Source: Clostridia bacterium
GTDB lineage: Bacteria; Bacillota; Clostridia; TANB77; UBA1234
Direction of reading: 5' to 3'
Assembly: GCA_900765095.1 (NCBI GenBank)
Contig: CAAFRB010000058.1
Coordinates: forward strand, 2,364 to 66,363
Length of the DNA: 64,000 nt
Below, piece by piece: positions 30,984 through 39,460 of the stretch (the stretch's first letter is position 1; the number at the start of each line of letters is the position of its first letter). The notes under the pieces were generated by a model. It saw nothing but the letters and a program-made list of their open reading frames with translations, did no database searches and was not told where the DNA came from. A program made the translations under genes and the position numbers.

Positions 30984-32468
30984 ATGAAAAAGACTTCAAT
31001 AAATTCTAAATTGTCGCTTTGTTTTTCTGCGTTAGTATTGCTAGTAATTCTAGCAATATTAATTTTGAATTCAACAGTTTTAGAAGGATATTATCAAAAT
31101 TTCAAGGAGAAAAGCTTGATAAAAGTTTTTAATTCTATAAACGAAACTTATATTAGCAGTTCTGGAGATGATGATTATGTTGAATTAGAAAAAATAGAAA
31201 CAAATCAAAATATGGACATAGTTATCAAGGATGGAAAGAAATTGACTGTTTATTCCACTTCTAAGGATTTTTCAAACAACCTTTGGATTTCACGTGACTA
31301 CGTTTCTTTAAATATTGATTATATTAACAATCATTTATCCGACACCACTTCGTATTTTACAACAATAATCAGTGATGATAGAATTCATTCCGAGTTCGTT
31401 GCGCTATTCGGTAAGTTAGATAATGGATATATGGTCTTCATAAGAACACCAATTGAGTCTATAAAAGAAAGTGTTTCCGTAACAAATAAATTCTTGTTAC
31501 TAGTGGGAGTCATTTCAATAACAGCTGCTGGTATTTTGTCACTATTTATTTCCGAATCATTTACAAAACCTATAAAAGAGGTAACAAATGTGGCAAAGAG
31601 CATTAGTGAATTAGACTTTTCAAAGTATTGCTTAATAGATACGAACGACGAGATAGAAACGTTGGGTAATAGTATAAATATTTTGTCTAAGAAACTAGAA
31701 ACTAAGATTCAAGAATTAAACAATGCAAATATTGAATTAGAAAAAGATGTGGAGCAAAAATCTAAGCTAGCTGAGATGAGAAGTCAATTCGTTTCCGATG
31801 TATCACACGAATTAAAGACCCCAATCGCTCTTATTCAAGGATACGCAGAAGGTCTGATAGATGGCATTGCAACCACAGAGGAAGATAAGAAATATTATCT
31901 CGAAGTAATTTTGGACGAAGCAAATAAGATGAGCTCTTTAACACATGACTTATTAGATTTATCTAACTTAGAATACGGTAAAAATAATTTGAATATTGAA
32001 AGATTTAACTTGATAGAGCTTATATCTGGCGTAATAAAGAAAAACGAAATAATTTTTAACGAAAAAAAAATTAATTGTTCATTTGTACATGATGATGATG
32101 AGTTATATGTTGATGGTGATATCTTTAGAATAGAGCAAGTTCTTACAAACTATATAAACAATGCTGTTAAAAACATTGATGATAATAAAGATTTAAAAAT
32201 AATCATAGTGCATGATGAAAAGAAAGCAAAAATACGTGTATTTAACTCTGGCAAACATATTGAAAGAGAAAATTTAAGTAGAATATGGACTAAATTCTAC
32301 AAGGTAGATTCTGCAAGGACTCGTGATTTAAGTGGATCTGGAATCGGTCTATCTTTGGTAAAGGCAATTATGGATCAGCATAAAAATCATTATGGAGTAA
32401 ATAATGTTGATGGTGGTGTGGAGTTTTGGTTTGAACTAAACATAAACAAAGAATCCGAAATCGTTTAA
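30984..32468 (+). CDS. sensor histidine kinase (2 TM, HAMP, HisKA, HATPase_c)
   Basis: H-box ..SDVSHELKTPIALIQGY..; G-boxes ..GSGIGLSLVK..; RBS AGGAGG before ATG at 30984. Confidence 0.85.
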   Translation: MKKTSINSKLSLCFSALVLLVILAILILNSTVLEGYYQNFKEKSLIKVFNSINETYISSSGDDDYVELEKIETNQNMDIVIKDGKKLTVYSTSKDFSNNLWISRDYVSLNIDYINNHLSDTTSYFTTIISDDRIHSEFVALFGKLDNGYMVFIRTPIESIKESVSVTNKFLLLVGVISITAAGILSLFISESFTKPIKEVTNVAKSISELDFSKYCLIDTNDEIETLGNSINILSKKLETKIQELNNANIELEKDVEQKSKLAEMRSQFVSDVSHELKTPIALIQGYAEGLIDGIATTEEDKKYYLEVILDEANKMSSLTHDLLDLSNLEYGKNNLNIERFNLIELISGVIKKNEIIFNEKKINCSFVHDDDELYVDGDIFRIEQVLTNYINNAVKNIDDNKDLKIIIVHDEKKAKIRVFNSGKHIERENLSRIWTKFYKVDSARTRDLSGSGIGLSLVKAIMDQHKNHYGVNNVDGGVEFWFELNINKESEIV

Positions 32469-32764
32469 TTTCCAGATTCTCGATTGTCATGAATTTTTGA
32501 GATAGAATAAAAAGAAAATTTTTCCAACATAAATTAAAGTTTTTCATATTCAATTTTCTTTTTATTCACATTCTATACACAATTCATTGATATCTTATAT
32601 ATAGTGAAATGAATAAATTTTAACGAGTATTTATTTATTTTACACGTGAGTTATTGATTATGAGTGGTTTTGTTACCTTTTCTTCTCCTACGGTTCTATA
32701 GCCGTATTAGAAACCAGATTTTCATATAAATTATTTGTGATAACTCACTTCCCTTACTTTTGAT

Positions 32765-32813
32765 GGCAAACTTCTTTATGGTTCCCCCTTTTAGAAGTTT
32801 GCCATATTTTTTA
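32765..32813 (+). terminator. intrinsic terminator downstream of the two-component operon
   Basis: GGCAAACUUCU-17 nt loop-AGAAGUUUGCC + AUAUUUUUUA. Confidence 0.55.
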
Positions 32814-32892
32814 TGCGAGAATTTTTCTTTCTTTTAAATCAAAAACTCTCGGGGTTCTAAAGACTGAAAGTCGAATCTTTTCAGCTTTCTTG
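32811..32892 (-). repeat. repeat copy in inverted orientation (modules A+B on minus strand)
   Basis: Minus strand: caagaaagctgaaaagattcgactttcagtcttt..ccccgagagtttttgatttaaaagaaagaaaaattctcgcataa. Confidence 0.7.
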
Positions 32893-32913
32893 TGCAAAAG
32901 ATTTTATTCCTCA

Positions 32914-33231
32914 TTATTTTAATTCTTCTATTAACTCTTCAAGCTCTTCTTTTGGCAAAAATCCAACTTCTCTTTCAATCTCCTTGCCATCTTTAAAGAA
33001 TACAAGTGTTGGCATAGCATTGACACCATATCTAATTGCACAATCTTGACTTTCATCAACGTCAACCTTATAAAATTGAACTTCTCCGTTATATTGTTTA
33101 TCAAGCTCAACTAATATAGGTGACAACTCTTGGCATGGTCCACACCAAGTTGCAAAAAAATCCACCACAACCAACTTATCGCCATTTAAAACTTCTGATA
33201 ATATTCTTTCATTTTCTATATGATGTATCAT
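32914..33231 (-). CDS. trxA: thioredoxin
   Basis: Active site WCGPCQ. Confidence 0.9.
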   Translation of the reverse strand: MIHHIENERILSEVLNGDKLVVVDFFATWCGPCQELSPILVELDKQYNGEVQFYKVDVDESQDCAIRYGVNAMPTLVFFKDGKEIEREVGFLPKEELEELIEELK

Positions 33232-33328
33232 TTATAATTCCTCCAATTTTGTTTTATTTTTTGTTAATATTATTATACCAATATATATGAATTTTATTAG
33301 ATATTAAAGCTTTATTTCTAAGCAAATA

Positions 33329-33955
33329 CTACATTTCATTTAACGCCCTCAAAATCTTATCCGGCATATCACTCATTGATTCTATAATTTTACAATAATT
33401 GTAAAGCTTTTCTTTATCTATTTTGCAGTGATACCACCTAGTTTTTACAATGTCAAAAATCTTTCCAGAAAAGAATCGTATGCATAGGATATCATCTTTC
33501 AAAATCATCTCACATTCAATGCCTGTTTCTTTGTAAAATTTCAATATAGCCTCCATTACTCCATTTGCCAACATCATTTTAGCATTTATTACATCGCTCG
33601 AATATGTAACAAAGTTTTCATCAAACTCCTGATACCCCATTAGCACTTTGCTCTCTTCTGGTAATATTTTTCCCATACTCCTTAATATCTTTTTATTTTG
33701 TAACACATAGATTGTCATATCAAAAGATTTAGGTAGTCTTGTAACAGATACCATTCCTGTAAAGCTTTCTACTTCGCCCCAATTTACATCATAGTGCGTT
33801 GTATTAAGCATTGCAAAATTAAGGTTATTTTTCGTTACTCCGTTACCGAAAAAATACGTTTTTACAACTCCAATATCTTCAGGGCTTGCACTTGCATAGC
33901 ATTTTAGTACATCGTCTTCTTGCATAGAAAACTCTTTAGGCAAGGATTTTTTCAT
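33329..33955 (-). CDS. hypothetical protein (208 aa, soluble), translationally coupled to the upstream membrane protein
   Basis: ATG overlaps the upstream stop (TAATG); no recognisable domain. Confidence 0.45.
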   Translation of the reverse strand: MKKSLPKEFSMQEDDVLKCYASASPEDIGVVKTYFFGNGVTKNNLNFAMLNTTHYDVNWGEVESFTGMVSVTRLPKSFDMTIYVLQNKKILRSMGKILPEESKVLMGYQEFDENFVTYSSDVINAKMMLANGVMEAILKFYKETGIECEMILKDDILCIRFFSGKIFDIVKTRWYHCKIDKEKLYNYCKIIESMSDMPDKILRALNEM

Positions 33956-34434
33956 TAAAGAACTAGCACTGAAACCATGTGGCCTAACAAAAAATGATTT
34001 GGGGTTATAAACTCCTGATATCTCCTTAAAGTATTTTTTATGATTCTTTTTTCCAAAATAGGTAGAATAATACTATTACCGTATTCTTTTGAACCATCAG
34101 TTGTAAGAAAATCTGTAATACTTAATTTAACATCAAATTTTTTCGTTACTATTTTATTGACAATAAAAAATTTGCACATAGTCAAAGCATAATAGTTAGC
34201 TACCAAAAATATTATAAGACACACGAGACCAAGGCCCAAGATACTACCATTTGAAAGTGCTTCAACTATAGCATAATGATTTCCCCTAAAAAGAATACAT
34301 ATCACTAAAAAAGTGACAGTAACCTCAACCAAAAATAGTATAGTCACTCTTTTCGTTCCTTTTTCAACATTTTTTATTTCCTCAAATTCTGTCACTTCGT
34401 TATAAAACTTTTCAAATTCAAAATCTTCTTTCAT
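33955..34434 (-). CDS. hypothetical membrane protein (159 aa, 2 TM)
   Basis: Acidic N-terminus then two hydrophobic helices; first gene of a 2-gene unit. Confidence 0.45.
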   Translation of the reverse strand: MKEDFEFEKFYNEVTEFEEIKNVEKGTKRVTILFLVEVTVTFLVICILFRGNHYAIVEALSNGSILGLGLVCLIIFLVANYYALTMCKFFIVNKIVTKKFDVKLSITDFLTTDGSKEYGNSIILPILEKRIIKNTLRRYQEFITPNHFLLGHMVSVLVL

Positions 34435-34650
34435 ATGCTCTTCTCCTTATATGACAACCAAGCTTTGATTATAATTCATTAATTTCGTGGTAACTTCACT
34501 ACTCTTATACTACCATTCGAACAATTGAATGTCAATTTTCTAATTGCTCGATTTCTTGAACATATCAGCAATAGCAAAAATTTTTAAAATACTAAGATAA
34601 AATTTTGTAATATATTCCTTTAATTATGATATAATGATACCACCATCACA

Positions 34651-34703
34651 TAAAGGAAGGAGATTTGTGACAATAATAATATATCATTGTCACACAAAAT
34701 AAT
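34651..34703 (+). promoter_or_regulatory. murI translation-initiation region: SD, then a 9-bp perfect hairpin (also readable as an 11-codon uORF) ending 1 nt before the murI ATG
   Basis: AAGGAAGGAGAUUUGUGACAAUaauaauauaucAUUGUCACAcaaaauaauAUG; uORF GTG(34667)..TAA(34702). Confidence 0.4.
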
Positions 34704-35465
34704 ATGGATAATAGACCAATAGGCATGTTCGACTCTGGTTGTGGAGGTCTTACTGTCTTAAAAGAATATATAAAAAAATTACCTAACGAAGATTTTATTT
34801 ATTATGGAGATACCGCACATTTGCCTTATGGAGATAAATCGCCTAGTACAATACTTAAATACTCTGAAGAAATTGTAGATTTTCTAATAAATAAAAACGT
34901 TAAGATGATTGTAATTGCATGTGGCACAGCTAGTGCAATATCGTATAAATTTTTAAAAAATAAATACAATATAGAGATAAAAAATATAATTGAACCTGCT
35001 GTAAAATCTCTAAAAGACACCAACATTGGAGTAATTGCAACCAAAGCAACTATAAACAGTAATGCTTGGGAAAATGCAATTCTAAAAATGCACCCATCCG
35101 CTAAAGTAACTTCTGTTGCATGTCCTCTATTTGTTCCTCTTATAGAAGAAGGGTTTATAGAAAATCCTGCCACAGACTTTGTTATTAAAGAATACATGAA
35201 AAACTTTGATGGTAAAAATATATCTTCGTTGATACTTGGATGTACGCATTACCCTCTTCTTAAAGAAAAAATCAAAAAGAGTTTCGATTATGAAATAAAC
35301 TTAATCGATGTTGGTGAAGCATCAGCATTAGATACAAAATCGTACCTGGACGAAAACATGCTGAATAACGATAGAAATCATATAGGCACATGCTCTTTTT
35401 TCTCTAGCGATGATTTTAATGACTTTATTCAGAAAGCCAAATGTATAGGAATAGACGTTGAATAA
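34704..35465 (+). CDS. murI: glutamate racemase
   Basis: ..PIGMFDSGCGGLTVL.. and ..LILGCTHYPLL.. motifs. Confidence 0.9.
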   Translation: MDNRPIGMFDSGCGGLTVLKEYIKKLPNEDFIYYGDTAHLPYGDKSPSTILKYSEEIVDFLINKNVKMIVIACGTASAISYKFLKNKYNIEIKNIIEPAVKSLKDTNIGVIATKATINSNAWENAILKMHPSAKVTSVACPLFVPLIEEGFIENPATDFVIKEYMKNFDGKNISSLILGCTHYPLLKEKIKKSFDYEINLIDVGEASALDTKSYLDENMLNNDRNHIGTCSFFSSDDFNDFIQKAKCIGIDVE

Positions 35466-35507
35466 AAACTTGCTACATAAAAAATATTGTTTTTAGTTAA
35501 ATTAAAT

Positions 35508-35560
35508 AAGGATAAAGCTTAAAGTTCATACGGACCTCAAGGCTTTATCCTTATTTTTAT
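35508..35560 (+). terminator. intrinsic terminator downstream of murI
   Basis: AAGGAUAAAGC-24 nt loop-GCUUUAUCCUU + AUUUUUAU. Confidence 0.55.
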
Positions 35561-35564
35561 ACGA

Positions 35565-35660
35565 TAAAAAAGTAACAAATTTGTAATCTTTTATGTACTA
35601 ATTTTCTTTCCCATTGCATAAAAAATTTAATTTATACGAGAGTTTTTAAGTCTTTCTTGT
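35565..35660 (-). repeat. partial repeat copy in inverted orientation (module C 3' part + B/C junction)
   Basis: Plus strand agtaacaaatttgtaatcttttatgtactaattttctttcccattgcataaaaaatttaatttatacgagag = reverse complement of the module C/B junction. Confidence 0.6.
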
Positions 35661-35702
35661 AACATGTTAAGAATTTCAAACACACGTATTTGTATATGTT
35701 TA

Positions 35703-36166
35703 CTAATTATATTTTTCAATTTCTTCATGAATATTATCTGTTGATGAAAGTGGAATAACAACATTCAATTTATAGTTTACAACATAATCCTCATCGATAT
35801 ATTCTATCCCCATTTCACTTAATGTAGCACTATCCAATAAATACCAATCATTACCGATTGCCTTTATTACTTCTTCTTCCACACCCTCATCATTGATTCT
35901 TACAGAACTGATTTTAGCATTCTTCACCCCATACAAAGTAGCATTTGCTGGAGTTAATACCCCTGATGTTGCAACTTTAGCTGATTCTCTACTTACCACA
36001 GCCTTTACTTCTGACAAATTCGTTTCTTTAACTTGTGCCTTTGCCTCTCTTAATACTTTTACGCCACCAACTATTGATACGGATGCTATTATCGCCATGA
36101 CTATAATCATAGCTATTATAGTTACAAGTGTTACGCCTTTTTCTTCTTTTATATCTAGTCTTCTCA
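35703..36166 (-). CDS. prepilin-like protein, paralog 3 (leader MRRLDIKEEKG, hydrophobic helix)
   Basis: Strong RBS AGGAGGA 5-6 nt before the internal ATG at 36166 (the ORF track start at 36200 is probably too far upstream); KG|VTLVTIIAMIIVMAIIASV; C-terminal EDYVVNYKLNVVI matches paralogs 1 and 2. Confidence 0.5.
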
Positions 36167-36338
36167 TTAATATCCTCCTCTTACACTCTCGCTCTGGCAT
36201 TTTAAGTAATTAATTTTATTCAAGTTTATATTTAAAACGAAAGTTTACGCTTTTGTTATAGTTATCAAAATTATACTAAACTTAAATTGCTATCGTAATA
36301 ATCTTTAATACCTAACAGCATTATATCATTTGAATAAA

Positions 36339-36385
36339 AAAAAGAGAATAGACTTTTTAATCTATTCTCTAATTAATTTTATAAA
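36339..36385 (-). terminator. intrinsic (bidirectional) terminator downstream of the rpsF-ssb-rpsR operon
   Basis: Minus RNA AGAGAAUAGAUUAAAAAGUCUAUUCUCU + U8. Confidence 0.7.
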
Positions 36386-36436
36386 ATGTTTAAATATCAT
36401 CTTATTATATAATTTATTACATCCACTTTATATAAA

Positions 36437-36724
36437 TTATTCAGCTGTGTATGGTAATAAAGCTATATGTCTAGCTCTCTTAACAGCAAGAGTCATTTCT
36501 CTTTGGTGTTTTGCACAAAGACCTGTTACTCTTCTTGGTAAGATTTTACCTTTTTCACTGACATACTTCTTTAACTTATCTGAATCTTTGTAATCAATAA
36601 CTAAGTTTTTATCTGCACAAAATGCGCAAACTTTCTTTTTGATTCTTCTTTGTCTTGGCATTGAATCATCATCATTATTGTTGTTTCTGTTATTGAATTT
36701 TCTATTTCCTTTTTTATCAGCCAT
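36437..36724 (-). CDS. rpsR: 30S ribosomal protein S18
   Basis: ..[28 protein letters not shown].. Confidence 0.9.
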   Translation of the reverse strand: MADKKGNRKFNNRNNNNDDDSMPRQRRIKKKVCAFCADKNLVIDYKDSDKLKKYVSEKGKILPRRVTGLCAKHQREMTLAVKRARHIALLPYTAE

Positions 36725-36769
36725 TTTAATATTTCCTCCTATCTTTTTTATTCAAGAGTTACAATTACC

Positions 36770-37201
36770 TTAGAATGGTAAATCGTCATCTGTAACTTGT
36801 GAAAAATCACTAGGTGCAGCATTTGCATTGAAAGTAGTTCCTGTAGCATTATTGTCGCCGAAAGGATTAGCTTCCGCTTCTCTCTTCGTGTCCGCAAAAT
36901 ACGCTTCTTCAGCAATAACTTCAGTAACATATACTTTCTTGCCATCTTTGTCATCGTAATTTCTTGTTTGTAATCTTCCGATTACACCAACTTGTTGACC
37001 TTTTTTAAAATACTTACTACAAAATTCACCTGTTTTATCCCAAGCAACTATGTTTATAAAATCTGCTTGTCTTTCTTCTCCTTGTTTTGCAAATCTTCTG
37101 TTTACAGCAAGTGAAAAAGAAGCTACAAGTGTGTTATTTGTAGACGTGTATCTTACTTCTGGATCTCTAGTTAATCTACCCATTAGAACAACTTTATTCA
37201 T
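36770..37201 (-). CDS. ssb: single-stranded DNA-binding protein
   Basis: MNKVVLMGRLTRDPEVRYT.. OB fold; acidic tail ..DDDLPF. Confidence 0.9.
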   Translation of the reverse strand: MNKVVLMGRLTRDPEVRYTSTNNTLVASFSLAVNRRFAKQGEERQADFINIVAWDKTGEFCSKYFKKGQQVGVIGRLQTRNYDDKDGKKVYVTEVIAEEAYFADTKREAEANPFGDNNATGTTFNANAAPSDFSQVTDDDLPF

Positions 37202-37216
37202 TATAAGTCCTCCTCT

Positions 37217-37495
37217 TTACTTTTTGATAACTATGTGTTTGATAACTTCATCAGTGATGTTATAAACTCTGTCTAGTTCATCAATAAATTCTGGGTTGCT
37301 AGTAAAATTAACTAAAGTATAGTATCCTTCGTTTTGTTTTTGGATAGGATATGCTAGCTTTTTCTTTCCCCATTCCTCTGTTGATTCAACTGTACCATGC
37401 TCACCAATAAGTGCTAAGAACTTATCGATTGTTGCTTTTGTGGCAGCTTCATCAAGAGTAGAATCAATAATCATAATTGTTTCGTATTTGTTCAT
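37217..37495 (-). CDS. rpsF: 30S ribosomal protein S6
   Basis: MNKYETIMIIDSTLDE..; rpsF-ssb-rpsR order. Confidence 0.9.
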   Translation of the reverse strand: MNKYETIMIIDSTLDEAATKATIDKFLALIGEHGTVESTEEWGKKKLAYPIQKQNEGYYTLVNFTSNPEFIDELDRVYNITDEVIKHIVIKK

Positions 37496-37594
37496 TATTA
37501 CACCTCCTTTTGGACTAACGGCCCCATACCTAGTATGGAGCAAGGCAGTTTTTACTGCTCTAATATATTACCACGATTTAACAAATTTTGCAAG

Positions 37595-38767
37595 TTAAAT
37601 ATTTATAGTTTTTCGTGTTAATTCTACCAAATTCAATTCGGTATATCCTTTAATATCAATCTTGCTCCTATCTTTTTTCGCTTCATTTTGCATTATTTTA
37701 ATTATTTGACTCTGATTTTCTTTGTTAAGCAAGTCAATATAATCAACAACAATAATACCACCAACATCTCTTAGCCTTATCTGATGCATTATTTCTGCCG
37801 CAGCTTCTTTATTTACTATTAATGCCGTTTGCTCTAAATTTTTATTACCAACATATTTTCCAGAATTAACATCAATTGCAGTTAAAGCTTCTGTCTTATC
37901 TATGACTATGTATCCTCCGCATTTTAGCCAAATTTTACGTTTAAATGCACTTTCATAACTAGACATAAAGCCTTGGTCTTGAATGATATTTTTCGAATCA
38001 ACAAACTGTATTGATTCTTCAGACTTTAAGCCTACTTGTTTTATTTGTTGATATAGTTCCTTATCATTTACATATATTTTCTTAGTTTCTCTAGTTATCA
38101 AATCTCTACTTATTTTTGAAACAAGTTCATGTTCATTATATAATAGCTCTTGTTTTTCATCTTCCTCGTATTTACAACATATATTTTTCCACTTTTCAAC
38201 AAGTTCGTTTATATCTTTTTTTATTTCTCCTTCATTAATACCAACAGCATCCGTTCTTACAATCGCTCCGTACCCTTCTGGTATGTTCCTTTTTAACATT
38301 TCTACTAATCTATCTTTTTCTTCATTTCCTTCTACTTTTTGAGAAATAGTTATAATGTCTGTGTTTGGCATTAACACAATGTAATTTCCAGGAATTGTTA
38401 TATGCGTTGACACTCTTGCACCTTTTAATGATGTAGGTACTTTCCTTACTTGAACTAAAATCTTTTGTCCAACATGCAAAACATCTGAAATTTTAAAAGC
38501 AATACTTTGACTTTCTTTAGTTACATCCGTCTTTGGTATAGCATCTTTTATAGGTATAAAAGCATTCTTTTCTAGTCCAATATCCACAAAAGCCGCCTGC
38601 ATACCATCTACTACATCTTTCACTTCTCCTCTATAAATATTTCCTAATATACTTTCTTCGCCCTGTTTGTATGAATATATTTCTACAATTAAATTATTTT
38701 CTAACACACATACGTCAATTTTCTCATCGTCTTTGTTTACTATTAACTCACTCATTTTTTTCCCCAC
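37595..38767 (-). CDS. rng: ribonuclease G/E-family endoribonuclease (S1 domain + RNase E/G catalytic core)
   Basis: 390 aa; ..GNIYRGEVKDVVDGMQAAFVDIG.. S1 motif; ..AIDVNSGK.. catalytic segment. Confidence 0.75.
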   Translation of the reverse strand: MGKKMSELIVNKDDEKIDVCVLENNLIVEIYSYKQGEESILGNIYRGEVKDVVDGMQAAFVDIGLEKNAFIPIKDAIPKTDVTKESQSIAFKISDVLHVGQKILVQVRKVPTSLKGARVSTHITIPGNYIVLMPNTDIITISQKVEGNEEKDRLVEMLKRNIPEGYGAIVRTDAVGINEGEIKKDINELVEKWKNICCKYEEDEKQELLYNEHELVSKISRDLITRETKKIYVNDKELYQQIKQVGLKSEESIQFVDSKNIIQDQGFMSSYESAFKRKIWLKCGGYIVIDKTEALTAIDVNSGKYVGNKNLEQTALIVNKEAAAEIMHQIRLRDVGGIIVVDYIDLLNKENQSQIIKIMQNEAKKDRSKIDIKGYTELNLVELTRKTINI

Positions 38768-39327
38768 TTTTATTATACAAATTCATAGCTTTCTGAACTC
38801 CATGTTTGATAATCTCATCTACGGCTTTGTAAACTCTATTCTTTAAATCTTTAACACATTCCATCTCTTCTTTTGTTAACTTCATTAAAACATAATCTTT
38901 TAAATCTATTTCTTGAGGAGGTCTGCCTGTTCCCATTCTTACTCTTGTAAAATTCTGGCTTTTCAGCAATTCCGTAATGTTTCTCATTCCGTTATGAGTT
39001 CCTGGACTTCCACTTGGCTTAATTCTTAATCCTCCAAAAGGTAAGTCGATATCATCATATATAACAATTAAATCTTCCAAATCCAACTTATAAAAGTTTA
39101 CTATCTTGATCATGCTTTCACCACTTAAATTCATATATGTTTGTGGTTTCACTAGCATTATCTTTTCACCATCTAGTATTCCCTCACCAATCATCGCATC
39201 AAATTTGCTTTTATTCACTTTAATATTCCATTTTGAGGCAATTTCATCTATTGCCATAAATCCGAAATTATGACGTGTATCATCGTATCTAGAACCCGGG
39301 TTTCCGTAAGCCTACTATCACTTTCAT
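38748..39327 (-). pseudogene. pth: peptidyl-tRNA hydrolase with the reading frame broken by a single extra nucleotide (plus-strand G at ~39305); almost certainly a sequencing/assembly indel in an essential gene
   Basis: From ATG 39327: MKVIVGL then frameshift. Removing one base restores [33 protein letters not shown]... (canonical Pth N-terminus), continuing into the annotated ORF (..YMNLSGESM.., ..GTHNGMRNI..). Confidence 0.75.
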
Positions 39328-39387
39328 ACTGATTCCTCCAACAAGTATCAAATTTACATAAAAATTAAACAAATTTACAGATATCAC

Positions 39388-39416
39388 TTGAATTTTTACT
39401 TAAAATATAGCATAAT
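39388..39416 (+). promoter_or_regulatory. sigma-A promoter (TTGAAT-N17-CATAAT) for the T4CP-like gene
   Basis: TTGAATttttacttaaaatatagCATAAT, ~45 nt upstream of the RBS. Confidence 0.45.
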
Positions 39417-39460
39417 ATAGATGATGATTTTTGTCAACAAAATGAGCGTGGAGGTTATTT

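Noticed and set aside
32640-32760. Possible riboswitch/ncRNA in the HK-trxA intergenic region (GTGAGTTAT...ATAACTCAC inverted repeat, small hairpins)
   Set aside because: It matches no known riboswitch consensus. The region also contains decayed repeat fragments, which explain much of the structure. It is kept only as context in the findings.
36748-36954. 68-aa minus-strand ORF
   Set aside because: It is out of frame and entirely inside ssb.
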